Shown here: in pieces, positions 10,245 through 20,040 of the stretch
Layout of the letters: every line of letters starts with the position of its first letter
Position numbering within the stretch: the first letter of the stretch is position 1
NCBI GenBank assembly: GCA_016194325.1
Contig: JACQBS010000105.1
Coordinates: 9,419-73,418 of the forward strand
Direction: 5' to 3'
Length of the DNA stretch: 64,000 nt
DNA from: Nitrospinota bacterium
GTDB lineage: Bacteria > Nitrospinota > Nitrospinia > UBA9942
The notes under the pieces: generated by a model
Databases searched by the model: none
The model's input: only the letters and a program-made list of their open reading frames with translations
Told to the model about the DNA's origin: nothing
Made by a program: the position numbers and the translations under genes

Positions 10245-11870
10245 TTATTTTACCTGCAATACCGTAATCCTCTCAATTTCGTTATTAGAAAATGAAATAG
10301 GAAGAAAACCCCATCCTGTTGAATAAAATCCAGCATGAGATGCTTTATCTAAAATTCTTATTGGCAGTCTATTTGTTTGGGGATATTCTCTTAATAATAT
10401 ACTTCTGTTAAGTATATCAGGTCTAATGGGATAAAATGTTGTATTTTTAGAATAAATGATTAAATCATTTTCTTTTATCATGCTGTAGTCAATCGGCAAA
10501 ATGTTTTTTTCAGTTAAATAGTAGTCAAATTCCCATGCACTTAAATGCCATTTTTTTAATTCAGGGATATAATCTGCTATTTTGTTAGAAATATTTTTAT
10601 AAGAGCTTGCAAACTTATAATCTGCGACAGCAATTATAATTGAAATAAGGGTAATTACCGGGATAATTATTTTGAATCGGTGTAAAAATTTTGAGTTTTT
10701 CATCCCTTCTATCTGGCTAAATAACAATAAAATTAATGGAGGGATTAACGGTAAATTGTATCTTGCACAACTAAATGGCAATATAAAAATATTAAACAAC
10801 ACTACAATTGAAAACCAGATAAAAAGAAAGGTCTGCTTTTTGGTTTTTATAATTGCCGATAAAAATAAATAGATTCCAGTGCCAAAAAATATAATAAACA
10901 AAATTTTATACTGTATTGCATATGATGATGTATAAAATACAGAAATAAAAATAGCGAAAAAGAAGGTAGCTATTAACATATAAATGTGTTTTTTGGCAGA
11001 AGAACATAGAAATGGAATGAGAAATAAAAACATTGTTGAGCCGCTTAAATGCGATATCAAACCTATAAAATTATTAATCCATCCATAATAGCTGAAACCT
11101 ATCCATAACGGCAAAACAGAATCATTCTTGATAATCTTAAATATGTGAAGCTCGCCATGTGTCATAAGATTTAAAATAGACCAAAATAAAAGTAATATTA
11201 TGGTGAATGAAAGCATCTTAATTGTTTTCTGAATTGAAATTTTCTCAATTAGAGAATATGAAAATAGCAGTGGAATGATAAGTAGTCCTAAATAGCGAGT
11301 AATAATCAAAAAATTGGAAGATATAATTGATAAAGCAAGTAGATATTTATTTTTGTATTTTATGCCGTAGATATATGTTGCAATTGAAAATAATAACAAT
11401 GCAAGAAAAGGCATGTCTGAAGTGACTTGACTGCTCTCAACAAGAAAAACAGGTGTTATTAATAGCAAAACAGTAGGGATTAAAGGATTTTCTGTTACAG
11501 TTTTTGAAATAAAATACATTGAAATAACAGCAATGAGAGGGAATAGGAAGAAAAATGTATGAATGATTATTTCTGATGTTCCGCCAGAAAAATAGATTAT
11601 CATAGATATAAAATAGGATATAAAGGGAGGGTGAGGCATATTTTTAAAGAAATCCACTTGTTGCCCCTGAAATGATTCAGAAAATCCATATGGGTTAAAA
11701 GGGGTTTTAAATATGGTTTTATATGGTGCTATAAATGCTGGGCCGTCAATATGGAAGGGCTTATTTACAAAAGGAATTATTAATATTAGCGTAAAAATAA
11801 TCAGAAATAGGAGGTCTCTTTTTATTTTATTTGTCTTTGGAGTGTAGCTATTTTCTGAAATCACTTCCAT
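10245..11870 (-). CDS. Polytopic membrane glycosyltransferase-like protein (GT-C / ArnT-PMT-like)
   Basis: About 12 hydrophobic helices followed by a soluble C-terminal domain; glycan-cluster context. Confidence 0.35.
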   Translation of the reverse strand: MEVISENSYTPKTNKIKRDLLFLIIFTLILIIPFVNKPFHIDGPAFIAPYKTIFKTPFNPYGFSESFQGQQVDFFKNMPHPPFISYFISMIIYFSGGTSEIIIHTFFFLFPLIAVISMYFISKTVTENPLIPTVLLLITPVFLVESSQVTSDMPFLALLLFSIATYIYGIKYKNKYLLALSIISSNFLIITRYLGLLIIPLLFSYSLIEKISIQKTIKMLSFTIILLLFWSILNLMTHGELHIFKIIKNDSVLPLWIGFSYYGWINNFIGLISHLSGSTMFLFLIPFLCSSAKKHIYMLIATFFFAIFISVFYTSSYAIQYKILFIIFFGTGIYLFLSAIIKTKKQTFLFIWFSIVVLFNIFILPFSCARYNLPLIPPLILLLFSQIEGMKNSKFLHRFKIIIPVITLISIIIAVADYKFASSYKNISNKIADYIPELKKWHLSAWEFDYYLTEKNILPIDYSMIKENDLIIYSKNTTFYPIRPDILNRSILLREYPQTNRLPIRILDKASHAGFYSTGWGFLPISFSNNEIERITVLQVK

Positions 11871-13685
11871 CTAATTTGTTGCTACCTCTTCCATGATGCC
11901 TCGTATTATAACAGGGAGGGTTCTTATATTGAGATTTGCTTTTTTACATTTATTTAGAATCCTATCCATTGTCTCCCTTGATGCAGAAGGAATGGCAATG
12001 ATTGCATCTTCAATATTATATTTTTGCTTTATTTCTTTTAAATTCTCCGTATCCCCCACTACAGGTATTCCATGAATTCTGTATTTCTGTTTTGCCGGGT
12101 CATCGTCTATAAAACCCACCACATTAAAATTAATATCATTGTTGTTCCTTATCTCTCTTAATATCAACTCCCCGGCATCTCCGGCACCAATAATTATTAT
12201 TCTCCTGCCATCACTTTTTCTATGGTCTATCAGATATTCCTTTAAAGACCTTAAGGCAAGCCTGCTTCCACCTATCATTACTACGGTAAGCAGCCAGTCT
12301 GCAATAAAAACTGCCCTTGAATAGTCCTTAAATCTGGCCGTCATTACGATTCCAACCATGATAATAAGAGTGCTCAATGTTGCACCTTTTACTATTGCCG
12401 TCATATCCCTGATACCCACATATCTCCATATACTTTGATAGACACCAAAGTAATAGAAGACTATAAGTTTTACAATTACAACCCATGGAAGTGTATTTAC
12501 AAAAAATGTCAGGTTAGGATTTATCAATCTTCCTTCAAACCTGAGCAGGTATGCAGAGAAATATGCTACAGAGATTAATATCAAATCCATAATAATCTCG
12601 GCAATCCTCCTCCTGCTTAAGTTTATTCCTGATTTACGATACTGCCTCTTTGCAATTATTACCTCAATTTCTTTGTTAGAGCTTGAGTACATTTTCTCAT
12701 CACCGAGAAAAATCCCGAAGAGATAAAGTCCGATTGCCGATAGAACAGCAACAGTCATTATTACAAATGGATTTATACTGAAATAGAGTGCAAGAAGGGC
12801 AAAGAGTATTGAGAACCCATAAAGGGATAATACTACCTGCCTTTCGCTCAAACCTAAGGCTACAAGCCTGTGGGATATATGGTCTTTCCCGCCCTCAGAT
12901 ATGGCTTTTCCCCGCAGTTTCCTTGTAAGTGTTACAAATGTTGTATCAAATATTGGAATACCGAGGACCAGAAGTGGGACTATCATTGTAGCAATAAGAT
13001 TTGATGCCTCTCTCCATGTGCCGATTATTGCTGTAGATGATAATAGGAACCCAAGGAACATGCTGCCGCAGTCGCCCATGAATATCTTTGCCGGGTTAAA
13101 ATTATAAACAAGAAAACCAAGTGATGCCCCCATCAATATAAAAGCCAGCGGGGCAATACTATAGCTGCCTGATTGGACTAAGAATATTCCCAGTGAAGCG
13201 GATGCAATAGCAGCAATACCTGCCGATAGGCCATCCATATTATCAAGAAGATTAAATGAATTTGTTATCCCAACAAGCCATAGAATTGTAAAGGGGATGC
13301 TTATTACAGGATAGGGTATAATTTCTATAACAATACCTGACAATGTAAGTGATGAGGCAATGATAATCTGCCCTACAAGTTTTACCTGTGGATTAAGTTT
13401 TACAATATCATCAATTAAGCCAAGGATAAAGATTGCAGTGGCACTCAATAGGATGGGCAATTTGTAATTAAATTGAGGGGTAAAAAATGTAGTTACAATC
13501 ACCCACGAAGCCCATATAGCAATACCACCCAAAAGTGCCGTAGGCTTTTTATGCCATCTGTCTTCTCTAACCTCTGCAACCTTTCCAAACTTTGAAGACA
13601 AAACCTTTACAAGGGGTGTCAGGATTAATGAGCCTATAAATGATGCAGCCAAAATTAACAGGTATCTTGATATATCTACATTCAT
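11871..13685 (-). CDS. WecA/MraY-family polyprenyl-phosphate HexNAc-1-phosphate transferase fused to a C-terminal Rossmann (NAD/CoA-binding-like) domain
   Basis: DDIVKL, NSFNLLDNMDGLSAG and FMGDCGS motifs of the MraY/WecA family; C-terminal IIIGAGDAGE Rossmann motif. Confidence 0.6.
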   Translation of the reverse strand: MNVDISRYLLILAASFIGSLILTPLVKVLSSKFGKVAEVREDRWHKKPTALLGGIAIWASWVIVTTFFTPQFNYKLPILLSATAIFILGLIDDIVKLNPQVKLVGQIIIASSLTLSGIVIEIIPYPVISIPFTILWLVGITNSFNLLDNMDGLSAGIAAIASASLGIFLVQSGSYSIAPLAFILMGASLGFLVYNFNPAKIFMGDCGSMFLGFLLSSTAIIGTWREASNLIATMIVPLLVLGIPIFDTTFVTLTRKLRGKAISEGGKDHISHRLVALGLSERQVVLSLYGFSILFALLALYFSINPFVIMTVAVLSAIGLYLFGIFLGDEKMYSSSNKEIEVIIAKRQYRKSGINLSRRRIAEIIMDLILISVAYFSAYLLRFEGRLINPNLTFFVNTLPWVVIVKLIVFYYFGVYQSIWRYVGIRDMTAIVKGATLSTLIIMVGIVMTARFKDYSRAVFIADWLLTVVMIGGSRLALRSLKEYLIDHRKSDGRRIIIIGAGDAGELILREIRNNNDINFNVVGFIDDDPAKQKYRIHGIPVVGDTENLKEIKQKYNIEDAIIAIPSASRETMDRILNKCKKANLNIRTLPVIIRGIMEEVATN

Positions 13686-13725
13686 AAATTTTTCCGAATC
13701 CTGAATTCTACTGAATAATTATAAA

Positions 13726-14919
13726 TCACATTATCCCCCTGTTCAATTGAAATATAGGAATAAGAATAGCAAGCACTATAAAACCGACAATAATTCCCAT
13801 AATAAGAATCAAGACAGGCTCTAAAAGGATTAATCCCCTTTTCACCTCTGCCTCAAGCTCCTGTCCATATGTCTCAGAAACCTTTAAAAGCACATCGCCA
13901 AGATTCCCCCCCTTTTCTCCAACAGTAATTGTATGGGCAACTATTGGAGGTATGCTGTCCGCCTTCTTGATACTCATGGAAAGAGAGTCGCCTCCTACAA
14001 CATCCTGAATAGCACTATCTATCACCTTATTGAAAACTGCATGGCTTAAAACTCCTTTTGTCATCTCTAATGCCTTTAGCATTGGTACGCCTTCTTTCAA
14101 AAGGCTTCCGAGTGTCCTGGTCAGATTAGTGATATAAAAGTGACTGACAAGTCTGCCAATCCATGGTATTTTTAGGAATAGGTTATCTATCACTTCTTTC
14201 CCGGATGGTATTCTGATATAAAATCTTACCGCCAAGCCAACAGCAATCATGCCAATAATTACTACAAACCAGTAGTATCTGATAAAATTTGTAACCCATA
14301 TAAGTATGAGTGTAATCCAGGGGAGGGTGCTTTTTGTGTCTTCAAAAATCCTCGTTATCTTCGGTATGACAAATATAAATAGAAAGGAGAGGACACAAAT
14401 ACCAACTAAGGTCATGAAAAATGGATATATAATGGCGGAACGGATATCCCTTATAATCTTTGCCCTGCCTTCAAGATATTCTGAGAGCCGTAGCAGGACT
14501 TTATCAAGAGAGCCGCTTGCCTCCCCTGCCGCAACCATCCCCCTATAAATTCCTGAGAATATTCTCGGATAATCACTAAGGGCATTTGAAAGGGAGATGC
14601 CCTCGGCGACCTTATTCTTGATGCCGAAAAGGATTGACTTGAACCTTACATTCTTTTCACCATCTGCCAATACAGAGAGGGCATCGGAAAGGGTTGAACC
14701 TGCCGTTAGGAGTGTGGCTAACTGTCTTGTTGTAAAGGCAATTTCTTGAATTGATATACCTTTGCGGATATACCCCTCAATCCCTATTTCAGATACCTCT
14801 CTCGGATAAAGCCCATCCTTCTTTAATCTTTGAATTGCATCCCTGATACTATCGGCACTTAGATTACCATCAACCTCAATACCGCTTCCGTTATATGCTT
14901 TATATCTGAATGTTGCCAT
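13726..14919 (-). CDS. gspF: Type II secretion / type IV pilus platform protein GspF/PilC
   Basis: About 400 aa with duplicated GspF-type domains and 3 transmembrane segments; adjacent to gspE. Confidence 0.75.
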   Translation of the reverse strand: MATFRYKAYNGSGIEVDGNLSADSIRDAIQRLKKDGLYPREVSEIGIEGYIRKGISIQEIAFTTRQLATLLTAGSTLSDALSVLADGEKNVRFKSILFGIKNKVAEGISLSNALSDYPRIFSGIYRGMVAAGEASGSLDKVLLRLSEYLEGRAKIIRDIRSAIIYPFFMTLVGICVLSFLFIFVIPKITRIFEDTKSTLPWITLILIWVTNFIRYYWFVVIIGMIAVGLAVRFYIRIPSGKEVIDNLFLKIPWIGRLVSHFYITNLTRTLGSLLKEGVPMLKALEMTKGVLSHAVFNKVIDSAIQDVVGGDSLSMSIKKADSIPPIVAHTITVGEKGGNLGDVLLKVSETYGQELEAEVKRGLILLEPVLILIMGIIVGFIVLAILIPIFQLNRGIM

Positions 14920-14924
14920 AAAAT

Positions 14925-14998
14925 AGTGTCAGAGAGTCATAGTGTCAAAGAGTCAAAGATTTTAACTCTGACACCCTGACACTTTGACTCTTTGATAC
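14925..14998. repeat. Intergenic inverted repeat (AGTGTCAAAGAGTCAAAG ... CTTTGACTCTTTGATACT) between gspF and gspE
   Basis: Read directly: about 30 nt arms with an internal duplicated unit. Confidence 0.5.
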
Positions 14999-14999
14999 T

Positions 15000-16547
15000 T
15001 TAATTGATTTGTGTTACCCTTATAATCTCTTCAAGACTTGTAACCCCTGCGGCTGCCTTTTCAAGACCGTCATCCTTAAGTGTCTTCATCCCCTTTGAAA
15101 GGGCATATTCCTTAAGGCTTGCTGAGTCAGGATTCTTTAAAATCACAGAATGCATATTCTGGTCCATAATAAGAAACTCAAATATCCCTGTCCTGCCATG
15201 ATAACCGCTCTTAAAGCATCTTTCACATCCGACAGGTTTCCATAATCTTCGCACATTATATTGTTTAAAGGTAGACATCTCATCTGATTGCGGCGTATAC
15301 TCCTCTTTGCAGTATTGGCACAAGACACGGACAAGCCTCTGTGCAATTACTGCAGAGAGGGATGATGCGACAAGGAATCTCTCAATCCCCATATCAACAA
15401 GCCGTGTGATTGCTGTAGGAGCATCATTTGTATGAAGGGTTGAGATTACGAGATGTCCTGTCAATGAGGCATGGATGGCAATCTCGGCAGTCTCCATATC
15501 CCTGATTTCTCCAACCATAATAACATCAGGGTCTTGTCTTAAGATAGAGCGGAGCCCATGGGCAAAAGTCAGTCCAATTTTTGGATTTACATTGAGCTGT
15601 CCTATCCCCTTTAACTGATATTCAACAGGGTCTTCTACAGTTATAATATTTCTTTTGGCAAAGTTTATACGATTTAAAGCTGAGTAAAGGGTTGTGGTCT
15701 TTCCAGAGCCGGTTGGTCCTGTGACAAGGATAATCCCGCTATTCCTTGAAAGGAGTGAATCCATCATTTCAACCTGCCCTATATTAAACCCTAACCCTTC
15801 AAATTCTATAATCCCCCCCTTACGATCAAGGAGTCTCAATACTACCCTCTCTCCAAATGATGTAGGGATAACCGATACCCTCACATCAATATCCTTCCCT
15901 GCTATAAGGAGTCTGATCCTGCCATCCTGCGGGAGCCTCTTCTCTGCTATATCAAGTCCCGCCATGACCTTCACCCTTGAGATGGTCGCCTCCTGAATAG
16001 TCTTTGGCGGGGAGAGGACAGGATATAAGACACCATCAACCCTGAATCTAACCTCAACTACCTTTTCATAAGGCTCAATATGAATATCACTTGCCCTCTC
16101 TTTCACAGCCTGAAAGAGGAGTGAATTTAGAAGCTTTATAATGGGGGCTTCATCTACAAGCTCAAGGAGGTCCTTCGGCTCTTCCCACTCTGTGGCAAGG
16201 GTATCAAGACTCTCACTGCTGAGCCCGTCTATTACCTCCTGTGCAGAGCCTGAGAGCCTGTCATAGAACCTGTGAATGGCATTTAAGATATTCTCCTGCC
16301 GTGTAAAGACAGGGGTTACAGGGTTAAATAGGAATTTCTCTACATCATTTAGGGCAAAAATCCCCTTTGGGTCTGCCAATGCCACCAGCACCTTTCCATT
16401 CTCTTTTCTTAAAGGTATGATGAGATTCCCCTTTGCAAATGAGAGGGGTATTCTTTCAATAAAGGCAGGGTCAATATCTTCACTATTAATTTCATCTATG
16501 TAGGGGAAACCGTGGGCTTTAATTATGCTAAATAATTCATCATTCAT
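15000..16547 (-). CDS. gspE: Type II secretion ATPase GspE (PilB/GspE family)
   Basis: Walker A GPTGSGKTTT, Asp and His boxes, tetracysteine CxxC...CxxC zinc motif. Confidence 0.85.
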   Translation of the reverse strand: MNDELFSIIKAHGFPYIDEINSEDIDPAFIERIPLSFAKGNLIIPLRKENGKVLVALADPKGIFALNDVEKFLFNPVTPVFTRQENILNAIHRFYDRLSGSAQEVIDGLSSESLDTLATEWEEPKDLLELVDEAPIIKLLNSLLFQAVKERASDIHIEPYEKVVEVRFRVDGVLYPVLSPPKTIQEATISRVKVMAGLDIAEKRLPQDGRIRLLIAGKDIDVRVSVIPTSFGERVVLRLLDRKGGIIEFEGLGFNIGQVEMMDSLLSRNSGIILVTGPTGSGKTTTLYSALNRINFAKRNIITVEDPVEYQLKGIGQLNVNPKIGLTFAHGLRSILRQDPDVIMVGEIRDMETAEIAIHASLTGHLVISTLHTNDAPTAITRLVDMGIERFLVASSLSAVIAQRLVRVLCQYCKEEYTPQSDEMSTFKQYNVRRLWKPVGCERCFKSGYHGRTGIFEFLIMDQNMHSVILKNPDSASLKEYALSKGMKTLKDDGLEKAAAGVTSLEEIIRVTQIN

Positions 16548-16565
16548 AAAAAATTATAAAAATTT

Positions 16566-16675
16566 GCCACAGAGGCACGGAGACACGGAGAATTTAAAAT
16601 TCCAAATAACAAATCCCAAATAACAAATAAATTCCAATTTTTCAATTTCTAAATTACAAACTGCGTCTCTGTGGC
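16566..16675. repeat. Intergenic hairpin element (GCCACAGAG ... CTCTGTGGC) with an internal AATTCCAATTTTTCAATTTCTAAATT heptad-like tract
   Basis: Read directly. Confidence 0.45.
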
Positions 16676-18681
16676 TAATCAGGTTTTTGTCCCTCCTTCT
16701 CTGAAACACCACCCTTAAATTTCTCCTCAGTCTTAATTTTAAGGGTGTCAAGGTCACTAAAATCTTTTACTATTGATGGAGTGAGATAAATGAGAAGGTT
16801 TATCTTTTGTCTCTGTGTTGAGGAGTATTTAAAGAGCCATCCTAAGAGCGGGATGTCTCCGAGGAGCGGAACCTTTGTTACATTCTTTATCTCTTTATCC
16901 TGTATCAATCCACCAATGACTATTGTCTGCTCATTCTTTACAACGACTGATGTCTTTGCAGAACGTTTTGTAGTAATAATATCCTTTGCCTGTCCCCCTG
17001 CCTGAGAAGTAGGGGCAACAGCAGAAATCTCCTGATATATATCAAGCTTTACATAATCCCCCTCGCTTATCTGGGGCTTTATCTTTAAAGTGATGCCAAC
17101 ATCCTTTCTCTCAATGGATTGAAGTATCGGCTGGTTAGTAGTGGTTGTCTCTCTCTCAAACTTACTCAAGAAAGGGACATTCTCACCAACAATAATCTCA
17201 GCCTCTTTATTATCGCTGGTAAGAATATGGGGAGTGGAAAGGACATTTATAGCATCCCTAAATTGTTTAAGGCTGAAGAGGGCTGCAAAACCAGGGGCAG
17301 TCAGATTGTATGATGTTCCATCCCCTCTTGTTACAGGGACAGTCACAAAATTGCCCATCCCTCCCACAGTTAACCCTGCCATACCGCCGATTATATTCTG
17401 AACCTGCGTTGAATCAACAGTCCCGACACCTCCAATCGCTACAGGCTCACCTCTATCATTTTTTGCAGAAGCCCTCCATCTTGTCCCCATATCAAGTGCC
17501 TTATCAATAAAGACCTCTGTTATCATTGCCTCCACAAAAACCTGCCTTGGCCTTCTGTCAAGTTTTTTGATTACCTGTAAAAGCGTCTGGTAATCTTCAG
17601 GGGACGACATGACAATCAGGGAATTAGTCGCCTTATCAGGAGTTATAGCAATCCTACCTGTAAATTCAGCCGTCGTTTGTGACGGTGGTACGCCTGGCGG
17701 CGGAGGTGAAGACCGTGTCAATCCCTCAAGAACCTTTGAAATCTCGGCAGCCTCCGCATTCTCAAGATAATAGACATTTATTCTGGCAGAGGTCTCCGGC
17801 GGCGGGACATCCAATATGGCAATGAGCCTTTTATACTCCTCTCTCTCGGTAGAAGAACCAAAAAGGATAATTGCATTTAGTCTCGTATCAGGAATTATCC
17901 TCCCCTCAACAGGTCGGGGGGGCTGTCCCTGCGTTATCCCGCCTTTTCTGTACTGCCCTCTTTCCCTTAATACTTTGCTGATATTCTCCGCCTGGGCATA
18001 TTTAATATAAACAATCTCGGATTCACGTTGTTCGTCCTCTTTGTCTATGCCTTTTAAAATCTCCAGTATCTTTTCTATATTGAGGGCAGTATCTACCACC
18101 AATAGGGCATTCCCTGGGCCAAAGGCTGAGGCATAACCATCTTTTGAAACAAGAGGCTGGATAAATGTAACAGCATCCTGACCTGCTATGAAATTTAATG
18201 GAATGAGCCGGACAATATAGGTATCATTCACCTTTATCTTCTCTGTCTCTCTTACTATTTCAGTTCCGCTCTGTCTCGCCATTGCCGATGGAATTATCTT
18301 ATAGGCATTCCCGGTAGTAATAAGAGTAAATCCCTTTAGCTCCAATAAAGATGTAAACAGATTAAACGCCTCATCAGCAGAAAGTTTTGATGGTGCGATT
18401 ACTGTAATCTTTCCCTTCAGCCTTTCGTCATAGATAAAGTTTTTCCCTGTTAGCTCGCTTATAAATTTGACGAGTGTAGAGATATCCACATCAACAAGAT
18501 TTATTGTAATCTTATTATCCTTCTTAAGAATTTCCTGAGATTTTTCCCTTGATGTAATATTCTTTGGAGTCTCTTCAGCAAATGGAGTCTCTGCCATAGA
18601 GACAAAAAAGAGGATTATGAATATCTTAAAAACCATTTTATTTGTAATCTGTTTCATTGAAAATTCCCTTTTATAAAACAC
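16675..18681 (-). CDS. gspD: Secretin GspD/PilQ family
   Basis: Signal peptide, N0/N1-type repeats, C-terminal secretin motif VPLLGDIPLLGWLFKYSS...LLIYLTPSIV. Confidence 0.8.
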   Translation of the reverse strand: MFYKREFSMKQITNKMVFKIFIILFFVSMAETPFAEETPKNITSREKSQEILKKDNKITINLVDVDISTLVKFISELTGKNFIYDERLKGKITVIAPSKLSADEAFNLFTSLLELKGFTLITTGNAYKIIPSAMARQSGTEIVRETEKIKVNDTYIVRLIPLNFIAGQDAVTFIQPLVSKDGYASAFGPGNALLVVDTALNIEKILEILKGIDKEDEQRESEIVYIKYAQAENISKVLRERGQYRKGGITQGQPPRPVEGRIIPDTRLNAIILFGSSTEREEYKRLIAILDVPPPETSARINVYYLENAEAAEISKVLEGLTRSSPPPPGVPPSQTTAEFTGRIAITPDKATNSLIVMSSPEDYQTLLQVIKKLDRRPRQVFVEAMITEVFIDKALDMGTRWRASAKNDRGEPVAIGGVGTVDSTQVQNIIGGMAGLTVGGMGNFVTVPVTRGDGTSYNLTAPGFAALFSLKQFRDAINVLSTPHILTSDNKEAEIIVGENVPFLSKFERETTTTNQPILQSIERKDVGITLKIKPQISEGDYVKLDIYQEISAVAPTSQAGGQAKDIITTKRSAKTSVVVKNEQTIVIGGLIQDKEIKNVTKVPLLGDIPLLGWLFKYSSTQRQKINLLIYLTPSIVKDFSDLDTLKIKTEEKFKGGVSEKEGQKPD

Positions 18682-18690
18682 AAAGACTTT

Positions 18691-18785
18691 AACACGAATG
18701 ACACGAATAGGCTAATTCCACGAATCATTATTACCAGAAAATTTATATTATTTGTGAGATTTGTATATTCGTGCAATTCGTGTTC
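18691..18785. repeat. MITE/REP-like element with terminal inverted repeats AACACGAATGACACGAATA / TATTCGTGCAATTCGTGTT
   Basis: Read directly; a related copy lies at 21892-22047. Confidence 0.5.
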
Positions 18786-18826
18786 AATAAGGTTTTATGT
18801 TTTCTTGGTGAATTTTAATCTTCCTT

Positions 18827-19717
18827 TTACCTAATCTGATAATTAAAACTTACCCTCTGTCCATCCCTCATAAGGTCAAGATTTACCCTCGTCTCACCTT
18901 TGATCCCTGAGATAACCTGAATAGCCTTCTCAGGAGTATCTATATCGTAATTGTTAACCTTGATAAGGACATCACCATTCTTAAGTCCTATTGCATCAAA
19001 GATGCCTCTATGTTTTATCTCAGTAATCCTGAATCCCTCTACCTTTCCTTCCGCTACATTTGGGGTAAGCCTCGCATCAGTCAATACCTGACTCATATCC
19101 TCCAATGCCTTAAAGATAGCACGTTGGTCAATTACCCATTCTTTCTCTCCTACCTTTTTAGATAGCGGAGATAAATCTGCATATTTTTGAGGAGGCTGCT
19201 TATTTGGAGACGGAAATATATGTATATTCTCTGTATCTATATCAAAGGATAATTCCTTTGAGCCGCGAAGGAGTAAAGCCTTATCCTTAACCACATTCCT
19301 TAAAACACCTGTCTCAAAAACCGACTCACCCACTTTAAATATCCCTTCTTTTCTGTCACCTTTGGTCTCAAATATGGCATAATTCTTCTGCCCGATTATA
19401 GTCCCCCTGAGATACAGGTTATCTGAGATAGGCAGATTAACATCCTTTCCATTATCAACCGCCTCTCCTGAAATATCTTTATTTAAGTCTATTGGAGTAA
19501 GTCTGCTATGTGAAGTAGGAAATACTGCGTTTTCTATAATAGGTGCATACCTCTGAATATCATTTTGAACAGGCTTATAAACCGCAACTGAACTTTTTAT
19601 CACTTCTTTTTCTTGAGGGTTATATTTATAGATAAGATAATTCCTGACTATTAAAGAAGAGACAGGAAAGATGAGGAGCATTAATAAAATATTCAGGAAC
19701 TTAAGTGCCTTTATCAT
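18827..19717 (-). CDS. gspC: GspC-like secretion protein with N-terminal membrane anchor and C-terminal PDZ domain
   Basis: N-terminal transmembrane segment; PDZ-like GLKNGDVLIKVNN motif at the C-terminus; lies upstream of gspD. Confidence 0.5.
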   Translation of the reverse strand: MIKALKFLNILLMLLIFPVSSLIVRNYLIYKYNPQEKEVIKSSVAVYKPVQNDIQRYAPIIENAVFPTSHSRLTPIDLNKDISGEAVDNGKDVNLPISDNLYLRGTIIGQKNYAIFETKGDRKEGIFKVGESVFETGVLRNVVKDKALLLRGSKELSFDIDTENIHIFPSPNKQPPQKYADLSPLSKKVGEKEWVIDQRAIFKALEDMSQVLTDARLTPNVAEGKVEGFRITEIKHRGIFDAIGLKNGDVLIKVNNYDIDTPEKAIQVISGIKGETRVNLDLMRDGQRVSFNYQIR

Positions 19718-19746
19718 TTAATAATCTAAAACCCTCTATTACTTGA

Positions 19747-19786
19747 ACCGTTTAAACTGTTTAAACCGTTTAAACCGCTTTTAAAA
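19747..19786. repeat. Tandem CCGTTTAAA(C/A) repeats (about 4 copies) in a divergent intergenic region
   Basis: Read directly. Confidence 0.5.
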
Positions 19787-19939
19787 TCTCTGTGTCTTCG
19801 TTATTATAATCAAATTCCTGACGATTCTTCAAGGGGATAGTGTTGATTCTTCCTTTAATTGTGGTATAGTAACAGCCATAATGAGGAAGGTAAAGGGGGA
19901 AATGGGACTATAAGACTTTAATAGGAACAAAAACTTAAC

Positions 19940-20012
19940 AGTGTCAGTGTAAGTGTCAGTGTAAGTTAAAGGAATTGATTATTTGCTGACACTAATCACT
20001 GTCACTGACACT
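19940..20012. promoter_or_regulatory. Candidate operator: direct repeat GTGTCAGTGTAAG x2 and inverted copy CACTGTCACTGACAC, 30 bp upstream of the oxidoreductase start
   Basis: Read directly; dyad symmetry adjacent to the start codon at 20041. Confidence 0.4.
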
Positions 20013-20040
20013 TCTTTATAATTTCCTTACATTAAAAAAG

